Source: Nitrospirota bacterium
Lineage (GTDB): Bacteria; Nitrospirota; JACRHJ01
Length of the DNA: 64,000 nt
Reading direction: 5' to 3'
NCBI GenBank assembly: GCA_963733375.1
Contig: CAVTDB010000016.1
Location: 21,604 to 85,603, forward strand
This document shows positions 53,334-63,816 of the stretch, piece after piece (positions within the stretch are counted from its first letter, which is position 1; each line of letters starts with the position of its first letter). A program made the position numbers and the translations under genes. Below the pieces are notes generated by a model. It was given only the letters and a program-made list of their open reading frames with translations, had not been told where the DNA came from and ran no database searches.

Positions 53334-54388
53334 ATCTTCTCTCCGTCCACCCCGGCTTCTCCGAAAGTCGCCATCTCCTTAAGTATCTTCAGCCCCGCCT
53401 CGATAACGCTTATACCAAGCGCCGCGCCCGTGCCCTCGCCCAGCCTCATGCCCAGATCAAGGAGCGGCCTCTGCCCCAGGCGTTCGAGCATAGCCGTATG
53501 TCCGCGCTCCACCGACTTATGGGCGGCGATGATATATCCCTTCGCCTCCGGCTTTATCTCGCACGCCGCGAGCGCCCCGGCGGTCGAGATAAACCCGTCC
53601 ACCACCACCGGCAGTCTCCTTGCCGCGGCGCCCAATACCACCCCGGCGATACCTGCAATCTCATAGCCGCCCAGGTTAGCCAGCGTGCCGAGCGGGTCTT
53701 TTTTATCGGGCGGGTTTACCGCAAGCGCCCTCTTTATGACCTCCACTTTCACCGCGAAACTACTCTCGCCGATTCCCGTCCCGTAGCCTGTAACGTCCGC
53801 CGCGGGCAGGCCGGTATATGCCGCCGCGAGGGCCGAAGACGGAGTGGTGTTCGCAATGCCCATGTCGCCGGTGCCGATGATGCCGTATCCCCGGTCCGCG
53901 AACTCGTTTACAAGACCAATGCCCACCTCTATCGCCCTGACGCAGTCCTCCCGGCTCATGGCGGGCCCCGTCGCGATATTGCCCGTGCCGCGCCCGACCT
54001 TGGCGTTCCGGAGGCCCTCCACCAAGCCGAATTCATGGTCCACTCCGATATCGGTCACTATGATGTCCGCGCCCACGTGCCTTCCCAGGACGTTAACGCC
54101 CGCGCCGCCGTTAATGAAGTTCAGGACCATCTGGGCGGTAACCGCCCTGGGGTATGCGCTCACTCCCTCGTCCGCGACCCCGTGGTCGCCGGCGAAAACG
54201 AATATTACCTTCTTTGCCGAGTCCGGGTTGTCGTTGCCGGTAATGAGGCAGACGCGTTTTGCAAGTTCCTCCAGCCGCCCAAGGCTCCCCGGCGGCTTCG
54301 TCTTGCAGTCGAGCCTTTTCTGTATATCGCCCGCCCTCGTCTCGTCAACCGGCGCTATATCGCGCAGAGTTTCCTCAAACAGTCCCAT
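53327..54388 (-). CDS. cobT: Nicotinate-nucleotide-dimethylbenzimidazole phosphoribosyltransferase
   Basis: TKPPGSLGRLE, GDHGV, GDMGIANTT, MRLGEGTGA. Confidence 0.96.
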   Translation of the reverse strand: MGLFEETLRDIAPVDETRAGDIQKRLDCKTKPPGSLGRLEELAKRVCLITGNDNPDSAKKVIFVFAGDHGVADEGVSAYPRAVTAQMVLNFINGGAGVNVLGRHVGADIIVTDIGVDHEFGLVEGLRNAKVGRGTGNIATGPAMSREDCVRAIEVGIGLVNEFADRGYGIIGTGDMGIANTTPSSALAAAYTGLPAADVTGYGTGIGESSFAVKVEVIKRALAVNPPDKKDPLGTLANLGGYEIAGIAGVVLGAAARRLPVVVDGFISTAGALAACEIKPEAKGYIIAAHKSVERGHTAMLERLGQRPLLDLGMRLGEGTGAALGISVIEAGLKILKEMATFGEAGVDGEKIC

Positions 54389-54403
54389 AATACTCCCAGT
54401 TCC

Positions 54404-54450
54404 TACTTTCTTTTCGGGTGAAAAGAAAGGTAGCAAAGAAAAGCCGGACC
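54404..54450. repeat. Repeat family B half element
   Basis: TACTTTCTTTTCGGGTGAAAAGAAAGGTAGCAAAGAAAAGCCGGAC. Confidence 0.7.
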
Positions 54451-54468
54451 AAAGTCCTGCTTTTAAGT

Positions 54469-54991
54469 TTATTTCAACCTTACCGGCAGGCCCGCCGCGA
54501 CGAGATAAGCCTCGTCCGAAGCCTGGGCGATTATCTGGTTCACCCGTCCGGCGGCATCCCGGAATGCCCGCGCCGCAGGCGTAAGCGGCACTATGCCGGA
54601 ACCGAGTTCGTTCGATACCACGATGGCTACTCCCCTGAAATTCTTAAGCGCGTCTGCCAGCGTCGCGGGCCTCGGTCGAGGACCTGTCTTCAAAACCTTC
54701 GACCCCGGATTTCTCCATCAGGTTCGACAGCCAAAGGGTCAGGCAATCTATGACGACGGTCCCGCCGTCTACGGCAAGCAGGGCTTTGGCTATCTCCAGC
54801 GGCTCCTCCACGCTTTCCCATAGCGGCCCGCGCGCCTCTTTGTGCCTGCTTATCCGCTCCTCCATCTCCGGGTCGAGCGCCTTCGCCGTGGCTATGTATA
54901 CCATCCGCCCGCCCTGCTTTTCGGCCAGAGAGAGGCCGAACCCGCTCTTGCCGGAGCGCGCGCCGCCGGTTATGAAGATAACCTTCCCCAT
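54469..54991 (-). CDS. cobU: Adenosylcobinamide kinase/guanylyltransferase (frameshift about 54680)
   Basis: GGARSGKS, RI.RH..R, IDCLTLW, VSNE.G.G.VP, FRD..G.VNQ. Confidence 0.93.
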
Positions 54992-55530
54992 CAGAACTCT
55001 ATCCCTTTTCGCGCTTTTACTCCGCCCTTGGCCGGATGCTTTATCACGGTCATCTCAGTCGCGTAATCGGCCAGTTCGATTATTCTTTTCGGGCATCCCC
55101 TGCCCGTCAGCACCAGCTCCACGTTTTCAGGCTTCTCGTTTATCAGCGAAACGACTTCTTCGATATCCAGCCAGCCGTCCTTCACGCAGTTATTGACCTC
55201 GTCCAGCACGGCCAAGTCATATTCACCTGAAAGGACTTTTTCCCTGGCAAGCGCAAACCCGCTGGAGATGGATTTCTTTAATTCGTCAAGGTCGTAGCCT
55301 TCCTTGCAGAAGAGCGGGTGACGCTGGTCGGCGAACCGGATTATTTCGGCGCCCGGGATTTTCGACAGCATCTTTATCTCGCCGGATTCGTTTGCCCCTT
55401 TTAAAAACTGGACGACTAAGACTCTTAAGCCCTGGCCGAGCGCCCGGAATGCAAGGCCCATCGCGGCGGTGGTCTTTCCCTTGGAGGACCCGGTATAGAC
55501 GTGCACTAAGCCTTTTTTCAGCATGATCAT
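54991..55530 (-). CDS. cobO: Cob(I)yrinate adenosyltransferase CobA/CobO/BtuR
   Basis: VYTG..KGKTTAAMG, QFLKG, LDE, LTGR, KHP...ARKGIEF. Confidence 0.93.
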   Translation of the reverse strand: MIMLKKGLVHVYTGSSKGKTTAAMGLAFRALGQGLRVLVVQFLKGANESGEIKMLSKIPGAEIIRFADQRHPLFCKEGYDLDELKKSISSGFALAREKVLSGEYDLAVLDEVNNCVKDGWLDIEEVVSLINEKPENVELVLTGRGCPKRIIELADYATEMTVIKHPAKGGVKARKGIEF

Positions 55531-55549
55531 CCGCGTCCGTGTCGAAATT

Positions 55550-55584
55550 AAAAAACCCCCGCCTTTTTTAAAAGGGACGGGGGT
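55550..55584 (-). terminator. Terminator (expression platform) downstream of B12 riboswitch
   Basis: Minus strand ACCCCCGTCCCTTTT..AAAAGGCGGGGG-TTTTTT ahead of cobO start. Confidence 0.7.
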
Positions 55585-55599
55585 GATTATTGACCTCTC

Positions 55600-55762
55600 A
55601 CCCTCCCCCTCGGAAGGCATTCGAGCATTGACCAGGTATCCTGACTCGCGGGTCGTGGCCACTCCCCGCCTTCCCATCCCGGCTTGGGGACAGTGGCATT
55701 TGGGGCAGGCTCGCCGCTTACAGTTGCGGGGCAGTGACGGTTTTTCACCGTCTTCCCTGGAA
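55600..55762 (-). ncRNA. Cobalamin riboswitch
   Basis: AGGGAA-GACGGTG-AAAA-ACCGTC-ACTGCCCCGCAACTGTA, GCCACTG, GGGAAGGC, B12 box AGTCAGGATACCTG. Confidence 0.92.
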
Positions 55763-55773
55763 TTTTTATAAAT

Positions 55774-55849
55774 TGGAGCGGGCGACGGGGTTCGAACCCG
55801 CGACACCAAGCTTGGGAAGCTTGTACTCTACCAACTGAGCTACGCCCGC
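55774..55849 (-). tRNA. tRNA-Gly (CCC)
   Basis: GCGGGCG...CGCCCGC-TCCA, anticodon arm CAAGC-TTCCCAA-GCTTG. Confidence 0.97.
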
Positions 55850-55859
55850 GTCTATAAAA

Positions 55860-55888
55860 CTTATAACATTACGGCTTTAATTTTTCAA
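55860..55888 (-). promoter_or_regulatory. sigma70 promoter of tRNA-Gly (and probably the cob operon)
   Basis: TTGAAA-N17-TATAAG with extended -10 TG. Confidence 0.6.
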
Positions 55889-55900
55889 GATGATTTTGAA

Positions 55901-56527
55901 TCAGTAAAGCGGAGCGGCTTTCTTAGGCCAGTGCCGCCAGACGAACCATGTTATCCCCGCTACGATTACCACGCCGATTAACGCGTCCAGCTGGTGGAAA
56001 TATTTCCCGAGGGTGATCCAGTTCTCGCCAAGCGTCTTCCCAAGCCAGGCAAGGCCCAGGCACCACGGGAAGGAGCCGATGAAGGTATATATCACGAACT
56101 TCGGGAAGTTCATCCTGGCGATGCCGGCGGGCAGGGATATGAAAGTGCGGATGACCGGCAGCAGCCGCGAGATGAATATCGCGGCGTCTCCGTATCTCTC
56201 AAACCAGCGGTCGGCGGTATCCAGCTCTTTGGGGGTTATGAGGACATATTTGCCGTATTTAAGCAGAAAGGGCCTGCCGCCGTACACGCCGACCCAATAT
56301 GCTATGACGGAGCCCAGGACGCAGCCCGCGGCCCCGGCAATGGCCACCTGGAAAAGCCCAAAGCGGCCAGTAAACACCAGATAACCGGAGAACGGCATTA
56401 TGATCTCGGACGGCAGCGGTATGCAGGCGGACTCTATGGCCATGCTCAGCACTATCCCCCAGTAACCCATGGCGGATATGGCGCCGATCACAAAACCGGC
56501 CAGGTATTTTATGAGGCTCTCAGCCAC
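55901..56527 (-). CDS. DedA family protein
   Basis: IESACIPLPSEII, WFERYG, RLLPVIRTFISLPAG. Confidence 0.92.
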   Translation of the reverse strand: MAESLIKYLAGFVIGAISAMGYWGIVLSMAIESACIPLPSEIIMPFSGYLVFTGRFGLFQVAIAGAAGCVLGSVIAYWVGVYGGRPFLLKYGKYVLITPKELDTADRWFERYGDAAIFISRLLPVIRTFISLPAGIARMNFPKFVIYTFIGSFPWCLGLAWLGKTLGENWITLGKYFHQLDALIGVVIVAGITWFVWRHWPKKAAPLY

Positions 56528-57188
56528 TGTCCTTCCCGTCCGCCTTGAAGCCGTACGCGCCGATGAGGGGCACGAAAACGCATTTTATGGATTCCTTTAC
56601 GTCCGTGGCCCCGCCGGGCTTCTTATCCACCGTCGTAAGGGTCTGAAGGTATTTGTCGCCGATCGGTATCACCATCCGCCCGCCCTCTTTAAGCTGGTCT
56701 AAAAGCGGCTTCGGGATTTCCGGAGAGGCCGCGGTAACGATTATCTTGTCGAAAGGGGCCTCGTCGCGCCAGCCGTAAGTGCCGTCGAAGGTGCGTACCG
56801 CGATATTGGAGTAACCCAGGAAATCAAGGATCTTCCTGGCCCGCATCCCAAGGGCGCCGATACGCTCCACGGTGCAGACTTTCCCCGCCAGTTCAGCGAG
56901 CACCGCCGCCTGATAGCCGGAGCCGGTGCCGATTTCAAGGACTTTGTCGTCCTTTGTCAGGGAAAGCAGTTCCGTCATAACCGCAACCATGTACGGCTGG
57001 GATATGGTCTGCCCCTCGCCGATAGGCAGGGCGTAATCTCCATACGCGCTGTCCCAGAGCGCCTCGTCCACGAAGAGGTGGCGCGGGACCTTCAGCATGG
57101 CCTGGAGCACCCGCTGGTCCGTTATATTCCGGGCCATCAGCTGGGTCTCAACCATCCTTTTACGAAGCGCGTCGAAGTTCCGGACCAT
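56520..57188 (-). CDS. pcm: Protein-L-isoaspartate O-methyltransferase
   Basis: VPRHLFV, GQTISQP, LEIGTGSGYQAA, FVPL. Confidence 0.96.
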   Translation of the reverse strand: MVRNFDALRKRMVETQLMARNITDQRVLQAMLKVPRHLFVDEALWDSAYGDYALPIGEGQTISQPYMVAVMTELLSLTKDDKVLEIGTGSGYQAAVLAELAGKVCTVERIGALGMRARKILDFLGYSNIAVRTFDGTYGWRDEAPFDKIIVTAASPEIPKPLLDQLKEGGRMVIPIGDKYLQTLTTVDKKPGGATDVKESIKCVFVPLIGAYGFKADGKDSG

Positions 57189-57268
57189 GTATCCTTAATT
57201 CAATAAGTTGATTATCATGCCCTGAAGGAGGCGGGCATCAAGCGGCTTAAAAAAGCTGATTCCCGTTT

Positions 57269-58036
57269 TTACGGGAACGGGTTCAGTATAATGGACAGTT
57301 GTTCCCAGCCTTTTATTTTATCAAGGTATCCGTAGTCTGTCAGGTCGAGCATGAGCGGAGTCACGGATATATAACCCTTATTCACCGCCTCGTGGTCGGC
57401 GACAGGGTCCTTGATCCAGTTCTCCGTCTCGCCGCCTATCCAGTAATATTTCTTCCCCCTGGGGTCGATGCGCGCAAGGACGGAGCCGGTGTATACGCGC
57501 CTTCCCTGCCGGGTGATGCGCACGCCTTTTATCTCCTCCGGCATGAGGTTCGGGACGTTGACGTTTAAGAGCGTGTCCTTCTTCAGGCCGTCCCTTATCA
57601 CCTGCGCCGCGAGCGTCGCCGCGTAGTCCGCCGCCGTTTGAAAAAGGAAATCCTCCCTGGCCACCATCGATACGGCGAATGACGGAATCCCCATTATCGC
57701 GGCCTCCAGCGCGGCTGATACCGTGCCGGAATACGTCACGTCGTCGCCTAAGTTGGCCCCTTTGTTAATCCCCGATACAACGAGGTCCGGCCTTCCCGGC
57801 AGTATCCCGTGTACGGCGACATTCACGCAGTCCGTCGGCGTGCCGTTGACGGCATAGACCTTATCCATCACCTCTTCGACCAACAGCGGCCTGTGCAGGG
57901 TCAACGAGTGCGATACGGCGCTCTGCTCCCTGTCCGGCGCAACCGTCCACACGTCGCCAAGATGCTTCAGGGCATTTGCGAGTATCTTTAATCCGGGCGA
58001 GTAAACGCCGTCGTCGTTAGTTGCTAATATGAGCAT
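57269..58036 (-). CDS. surE: 5'/3'-nucleotidase SurE
   Basis: TNDDG, GTPTDCV, SGIN.G.N, YSGTV. Confidence 0.96.
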   Translation of the reverse strand: MLILATNDDGVYSPGLKILANALKHLGDVWTVAPDREQSAVSHSLTLHRPLLVEEVMDKVYAVNGTPTDCVNVAVHGILPGRPDLVVSGINKGANLGDDVTYSGTVSAALEAAIMGIPSFAVSMVAREDFLFQTAADYAATLAAQVIRDGLKKDTLLNVNVPNLMPEEIKGVRITRQGRRVYTGSVLARIDPRGKKYYWIGGETENWIKDPVADHEAVNKGYISVTPLMLDLTDYGYLDKIKGWEQLSIILNPFP

Positions 58037-58512
58037 TATTTAAGTTTCTTGAACACGTAATAAATTTTAGTCTCGCCTATGCCCAGGTATTTATACGCTA
58101 TCTCCGCCCCCAGGCGCTTTGCGGTTTCCTCGAACCAGTCGGGATAAAATCGCAGGCAGTCTACAGGGTAGCGGTGATACTGGAAGCCGGGTATGACGGT
58201 ATAAAGGTGCAACATGCCGCCCTTTTTTAAGAAGCTTCCAGAGGTCTTTTACATGCTTGTAAGGGTCGAGCAGGTGCTCTAAGTATCGCCTGGGAAATAA
58301 TGCATTCCATAGGTGGGATTGCCGGCGGGTCTTCCTCTGAAATTCCATTGGTAATCGACGTTATCGGAAAGCCCGACAGTGAAGATATTATCCCTTTTCA
58401 GACCGCATACTTCTTCATACTGGGGTTTTACTGCGTTATTATCTCCAGCGAGCAGCATCGATTCCGGCCGGGGCAGGAATTTGATGGTCTTGACGATCAC
58501 TCCGCTGATCAT
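58036..58512 (-). CDS. Class I SAM methyltransferase-like protein (frameshifted, start uncertain)
   Basis: Joined frames give LEHLLDPY...LLKKGG.L....PGFQYHRYPVDCLRFYPDW; stop overlaps surE start (TAATG). Confidence 0.55.
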
Positions 58513-58625
58513 GCTCTGTCTTGTAGAATCAATATTTTTCTTCCTAATTAAACATATGTTCATGTTGTAAAAAAACAGCCGCCTTATAGGCGGCCATTCC
58601 TTTGGGAGTTTTATGGGTAAAAAAT

Positions 58626-58702
58626 TGGTCGGGGCGATCCGATTTGAACGGACGACCCCTTGCCCCCCAGACAAGTGCGCTACCAGGCTGCGCCACGCCC
58701 CG
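58626..58702 (-). tRNA. tRNA-Pro (GGG)
   Basis: CGGGGCG...CGCCCCG-ACCA, anticodon loop CTGGGGG. Confidence 0.95.
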
Positions 58703-58717
58703 ACTTAAACCATTATA

Positions 58718-59225
58718 CTACTTTACCAGATTGATAAGCTCCTTTATTTCCGCCTTGAACTTCACCAGGGCGTCCTGAATGCCGTCTTCCGCCTCGAAAA
58801 ACGGAAGGGACATTTGCGGCATATTCCTTTTTACTTTCTTAGGCGCGGGCTTTTGCGGCTTAGCTCTGACTTCGGCGGCAATGCCTAATTCCAATGGCTC
58901 CGGTTTTGCCGCCATTTGAACCGTGCCGCCGGCGTGTCTTTGCCTCCCCCTCTTCAGCCTCCCGTGCCCCCTTGCCCCCTTTGCCTCTTTCGGCTATCTT
59001 TTTCCGTGCCCCGGCTATCGTGTAGCCTTCTTCGTGGAGCATTCTCTTTATCGAGAGGACCAGGTCCAGGTCTTTCTGCTGGTAAACCCTTTGTCCGCCG
59101 CTTGACTTCCTGGGGGAGAGCACGCGGAACTCGTTCTCCCAGTACCGGAGTATATACGGCTCGACCTGGGCCAGCCGGCTGACCTCCCCGATCTTATAGA
59201 AAAGTTTTCCTGTCTGAGCGGGCAT
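58718..59225 (-). CDS. MerR family regulator (frameshift about 58920)
   Basis: YKIGEVS...ILRYWE.EF..L.P.K..GGQR.Y; ihfA-merR-tRNA-Pro synteny. Confidence 0.88.
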
Positions 59226-59234
59226 AAGCGCCCC

Positions 59235-59540
59235 TTAGGCTTCGGCTATTTCTTCCTTGCCCTTATCTACGAAATCCTTGAATATCATGCTCGGCTTGAA
59301 GGTGACGACCTTGCGCGGGGTAATCTCGATATTCTCGCCGGTCTTGGGGTTGCGCCCCTTGCGGGAGCCTTTTTCGCGGATGACGAAGTTGCCAAAACCC
59401 GCAATCTTCACGGTCTCGCCACCCTTCAAGGTATCCTTTATGGTGTCAAGGACCGTCTCCACGATGTCAGTTGCTTCCTTTTTGGAAAGACCGACCTTTT
59501 CATAAACTTCCGAGACTATGTCCGCCTTGGTCATCTTCAA
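59235..59540 (-). CDS. ihfA: Integration host factor alpha
   Basis: MTKADIV, GFGNF, R.GRNPKTG, VVTFKPS; promoter TTGACA-N17-TATATT at 59605-59577. Confidence 0.9.
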   Translation of the reverse strand: MKMTKADIVSEVYEKVGLSKKEATDIVETVLDTIKDTLKGGETVKIAGFGNFVIREKGSRKGRNPKTGENIEITPRKVVTFKPSMIFKDFVDKGKEEIAEA

Positions 59541-59625
59541 CCTCCGTCAATAGATTTGCCCCCTCCCGACATGCGCAATATACATTAGGGTTTGGCCTAT
59601 GTCAAGGATTTTTATCGGAAAAACG

Positions 59626-61722
59626 CTACTCCCCCTTCTCCTCATGCGCCTTTTTGCTTTCCTCTATGACCTTCTGCGCCAGATGGGCGGGCACCTCCTC
59701 GTAATGGGAGAACGACATCGTGTACATCCCGCGTCCCGAAGTGAGGGAATTCAATGTCGGCGCGTAGTTAAGCATCTCCGACATCGGCACCTGGGCAGTA
59801 ACTTTCTGGCTGGAGCCGCTTGCCGTCATGCCCTGCACCTTTCCGCGCCTGGAGTTCAGGTCGCCTATGACGTTGCCCATGGTGTCTTCCGGGACGACGA
59901 CCGTCACATCCATCAAAGGCTCAAGGAGAGTCGGCCTGCACTCCAGCACGCCTTTTTTAAAGCCCATCGAGCCGGCAATCTTAAACGCCATTTCGGAGGA
60001 GTCCACGTCATGGTACGAGCCGTCGTAAAGCGTCACCTTCACGTCGACGACCTGATAGCCGGCTATGACTCCCTCGTGCATCGCCTCGACGATACCCTTC
60101 TCGACTGCGGGTATGTACTGCCTGGGTATCGCGCCGCCGACGATCTTGTCCACAAACTCGAAACCCCCGCCATGGGGCAGCGGCTCTATCTCAATCCAGG
60201 TGTCGCCGTACTGCCCGCGCCCGCCGGACTGCTTCTTGTACTTGCCCTGAATCCTGGTCCTGCCCTTGATAGTCTCCTTGTACGGCACCTTCGGGGTCTT
60301 CATGATGACTTCCGTGCCGAACTTCCTCTTCAGCCTCTCCAGCGTGATTTCAAGGTGCAGCTGCCCCATGCCGGAGAGTATCATCTCCTTCGTCTGCTCG
60401 TCCCTTACGAACCGAAGCGTCGGGTCTTCTTCCAGCAGGCGGTGCAGGCCGTTCGATATCTTGTCCTCGTCGCCCTTGTTCTTCGCCTCGATGGCGAACG
60501 CCATTACCGGCTCCTGGTAATGTATGGGTTCGACTATATACGGGTGGGCCTTGTCGCATAAGGTATCGCCCGTGATGGTCTCTTTAAGTTTGGCGACGGC
60601 GGCTATTTCGCCGGCCTTTATCGCCTGCGCCGGGACCTGCTTTTTGCCCATCAGGTAGAACACCTGCCCTATGCGCTCTTCTTTTTCCTTGTTGGAGTTG
60701 AATACGGCGGAGTCGGAGCGGACCTGGCCGGAAATTACCCTGAAGAGGCTCAGTTTGCCCGCGAACGGGTCTGCTATGGTCTTGAAAACCACCGCCGCCA
60801 GGGGCCCGTCCTTGTCCGTCTTCAGGACCACGGCCTCTCCGGTCCGGGCATCCGTGACTTTAATGGGCGCTAACGCGGCTTTTTCCACCGGGTTCGGCAG
60901 GGCTGTCGTAATCATGTCCAGAAGCTGGGTCACCCCGATTCCTTTGGGCGAGGCGCCATACAACACCGGGGTTAGCTTTCCTGCGATGCAGCCATTCCTT
61001 AGGCCTGAGACGATTTCTTCATGGGAAAGCCCGCCGGTCTCCAGATATTTTTCTGTAAGCGAATCGTCGCTCTCCGCGATTCTCTCTATCATCCTGGCAC
61101 GGGCCTGTTCGGCCTCTGTCTTCATCTCAGCCGGGATATCGGTCTCTTTGGATTTGCCGTCGCCCTCCGTGATGTAAGCCTTCATCTTCAGGAGGTCGAT
61201 TATACCCTTGAAGCCGCCCTCGGAGCCGATGGGCATCTGCACCGGCGTGGCGTCCTTGCAGAAGCCCTTCCCGCAATCGTTCAGGACGTTCCTGAAATCG
61301 GCGCGTTCCTTGTCCATCTTGGCGATGAATATTATTCTGGGAAGGCCGAATTCATTGCAGTATTCCCATACCTTCTCCGTTTCGGCCTTTAGGCCCGATA
61401 TCGGAGACATTATGACGACGGCGCCGTCCGCCGCGCGTACGCAGGCTTTGGCGTCTTCAAGAAAATTTATGTATCCGGGGGTGTCGATTAAGGTGATCTT
61501 GTTGCCGTCCCACTCGCAGAACGCGACCGCGGAACTGATGGAGGACTGTCTGTTTATTTCTTCAGGCTCAAAATCCGTTACGGTGTTGCCTTCCTCCGCC
61601 CTGCCCATGCGGTCCGTGGCATGGGCGGCGAAGAGCATGGCTTCGGTGAGCATGGTCTTGCCCGCGCCGCCGTGGGAGACGATTACGACATTTCTCATGT
61701 TTTCTACAGCGTAATCTTTCAT
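59626..61722 (-). CDS. fusA: Elongation factor G paralog (EF-G2 type)
   Basis: HGGAGKT, DTPGY, KQSGGRGQYG, DSSEMAF; outside the str operon. Confidence 0.92.
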   Translation of the reverse strand: MKDYAVENMRNVVIVSHGGAGKTMLTEAMLFAAHATDRMGRAEEGNTVTDFEPEEINRQSSISSAVAFCEWDGNKITLIDTPGYINFLEDAKACVRAADGAVVIMSPISGLKAETEKVWEYCNEFGLPRIIFIAKMDKERADFRNVLNDCGKGFCKDATPVQMPIGSEGGFKGIIDLLKMKAYITEGDGKSKETDIPAEMKTEAEQARARMIERIAESDDSLTEKYLETGGLSHEEIVSGLRNGCIAGKLTPVLYGASPKGIGVTQLLDMITTALPNPVEKAALAPIKVTDARTGEAVVLKTDKDGPLAAVVFKTIADPFAGKLSLFRVISGQVRSDSAVFNSNKEKEERIGQVFYLMGKKQVPAQAIKAGEIAAVAKLKETITGDTLCDKAHPYIVEPIHYQEPVMAFAIEAKNKGDEDKISNGLHRLLEEDPTLRFVRDEQTKEMILSGMGQLHLEITLERLKRKFGTEVIMKTPKVPYKETIKGRTRIQGKYKKQSGGRGQYGDTWIEIEPLPHGGGFEFVDKIVGGAIPRQYIPAVEKGIVEAMHEGVIAGYQVVDVKVTLYDGSYHDVDSSEMAFKIAGSMGFKKGVLECRPTLLEPLMDVTVVVPEDTMGNVIGDLNSRRGKVQGMTASGSSQKVTAQVPMSEMLNYAPTLNSLTSGRGMYTMSFSHYEEVPAHLAQKVIEESKKAHEEKGE

Positions 61723-61775
61723 GTGGCCTCCTGGGTTAAATTTGGCCTTGCTATTTTTCTATGGCAACCTCTTCT

Positions 61776-62207
61776 TTAGTCTTCGATTATTTTTACGATT
61801 ACGGGTTTTAATACCTTTGATTTCTTTACTTTCCTGTCGTAAAACCTTACCATCACCGCCGAAAGGATAAGGAAGGCCACTCCCCCCAGCGCCTGCCAGT
61901 TATCAAGTGAAATGGCCCCGGAGATTTCCTGCCCGTACTTCCCTCCAAGGTACGCCCCGAGGAAGAGGAATATAACCGGGAGCATGTAGGTCAAAAACGT
62001 CGCTTTAAGGAACAGGCCGGATTCTATTTTCAGCACGACGTGCTGGCCCGGCTCTGCGCCCAGCGGATTATCCGCCTCCATGACCCTGTCGTCCGATACC
62101 GCCTTGCAGGACCCGGCGGCATTGCACGACTCGCACGAACCGCTGCGGGTCATCATCACCTTCGCGGTCCCGCCGGAGGTCTCCATTACAACGCCGATTT
62201 CTTCCAT
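61776..62207 (-). CDS. rseC: RseC/MucC family protein
   Basis: MEE.G.V, C..C.....C, Y.LP, two TM, KP.I. Confidence 0.85.
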   Translation of the reverse strand: MEEIGVVMETSGGTAKVMMTRSGSCESCNAAGSCKAVSDDRVMEADNPLGAEPGQHVVLKIESGLFLKATFLTYMLPVIFLFLGAYLGGKYGQEISGAISLDNWQALGGVAFLILSAVMVRFYDRKVKKSKVLKPVIVKIIED

Positions 62208-62235
62208 TAAACCTTATTCACCCTCTCCCCTGCAT

Positions 62236-63816
62236 TTATGTCTTTTCTTTTAGCAGCCTGTACTCGATGCTGTCCACCAGGGCCTCCCAGGAGGCCTCGA
62301 TGACGTTCTCGGACACCCCGACCGTGCCCCATTTGCCGGTATCGTCCCCGGACTCGATTAAGACGCGCACTTTCGCGGTGGTGCCCTCGCCGGCATTTAA
62401 TACGCGTACTTTATAGTCTAACAGCCTTACGCCAGATAGTTCCGGAAAATGTTTCAGGACAGCCTTCCTGAGCGCATTGTCCAGGGCGTTCACGGGGCCG
62501 TTCCCCATCGCGGCGGTGTATTCGTAATGGCTATTGCCCAGGGTGTCGCCGGCGTGGACCTGAACCCTTATCGTGGCTTCGGAAAGGGTCTCCCGGCGGT
62601 TCTCGTACCATTCGACGATTACCCGGTAGCCCTCAAGGTCGAATATCGGCGTATACTTGCCGGTGGCCTTCTTGATGAGCAGTTCGAAAGACGCTTCCGC
62701 GCCCTCGTACTGGTAGCCCTTGCTCTCCATATCCTTGAGCGTCCGCAGGATGTGCTTCACTTCGGGCGTATTATGGCTTAAATCTATCCCGTACTCGGAC
62801 GCCTTACGGACGATATTGCTCTGGCCGGCCAGGTCCGAGACGAGTATCCGCTGCACGTTGCCCACCGCCTCCGGCCTTATGTGCTCATATGTCGCGCCTT
62901 TCAGAACCGCGTTCACGTGCATCCCCGCCTTATGGGCGAAGGCGGAGTCGCCGACGTAGGGCTGGTGTTTGTAATGCCTTAAGTTCGCTATCTCGGCCAC
63001 AAAGCGGGAAACCTCCCTTATCTTCGGGAGCCTGTCCGGCGGAAGCGTGTCGATGCCCATCTTCAGCTTCAGCGCGGGGATAATCGAGCAGAGGTTGGCG
63101 TTGCCGCAACGCTCGCCGTAGCCGTTTATAGTGCCCTGCACCTGCTCCGCGCCCAGGTTCACCGCCGCGAGCGAATTGGCGACGGCCAGGTCGGAGTCGT
63201 TATGGCAATGGATGCCAAGGGGGACGGATACCTGCGCCTTGACTTCCGTGATTATCTTTTCGAGTTCCCAGGTAAGGGTGCCGCCGTTCGTATCGCACAG
63301 GATCAGACAGTCCGCCCCGGCCTCCTGGGCCGCTTTCAGCGTCTTGATTGCATAGGCGGGGTTGGCTTTGTAGCCGTCGAAAAAATGTTCCGCGTCGTAA
63401 AATACCTCGGGCACGTTAGCCTTCAAAAAGGAGACCGAACTGCTTATCATATCGAGGTTTTCTTCGAGGGAGACCTTGAGGGCCTCCTTGACGTGCAGGC
63501 CCCAGCTCTTCCCGAAGATGGTGACGGCGGGCGTGCCGGTTTCAACTAGCGCAAGGAGGTTCGGGTCGGCATCCGCTCTGGTCTTCGCGCGCCTCGTGCT
63601 GCCGAAAGCGGCGGTCTTCGAAATGGCTAGCTTATGCCGTTTAATTTCCTTGAAATATGCCGCGTCGCGGGGGTTGGAGCCGGGCCAGCCGCCTTCGATA
63701 TAATGGACTCCCAGCTCATCGAGTTTCAAGGTCACCCGGACCATGTCTTCGAGCGAAAAAGCGACGTCTTCGGACTGCGCCCCATCCCTTAAAGTAGTAT
63801 CGTATATCTTGACCAT
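62236..63816 (-). CDS. cimA: Citramalate synthase
   Basis: [40 protein letters not shown]. Confidence 0.93.
   Translation of the reverse strand: MVKIYDTTLRDGAQSEDVAFSLEDMVRVTLKLDELGVHYIEGGWPGSNPRDAAYFKEIKRHKLAISKTAAFGSTRRAKTRADADPNLLALVETGTPAVTIFGKSWGLHVKEALKVSLEENLDMISSSVSFLKANVPEVFYDAEHFFDGYKANPAYAIKTLKAAQEAGADCLILCDTNGGTLTWELEKIITEVKAQVSVPLGIHCHNDSDLAVANSLAAVNLGAEQVQGTINGYGERCGNANLCSIIPALKLKMGIDTLPPDRLPKIREVSRFVAEIANLRHYKHQPYVGDSAFAHKAGMHVNAVLKGATYEHIRPEAVGNVQRILVSDLAGQSNIVRKASEYGIDLSHNTPEVKHILRTLKDMESKGYQYEGAEASFELLIKKATGKYTPIFDLEGYRVIVEWYENRRETLSEATIRVQVHAGDTLGNSHYEYTAAMGNGPVNALDNALRKAVLKHFPELSGVRLLDYKVRVLNAGEGTTAKVRVLIESGDDTGKWGTVGVSENVIEASWEALVDSIEYRLLKEKT

Noticed and set aside
55531-55809. 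N-terminal extension of cobO in the ORF track
   Set aside because: Overlaps the riboswitch and tRNA-Gly; homology begins near 55530
55774-58702. Integrated element at tRNA-Gly or tRNA-Pro
   Set aside because: No integrase and no duplicated tRNA 3' end seen
59626-61722. EF-G with Tyr at the catalytic His position as a novelty
   Set aside because: Known feature of EF-G2 paralogs
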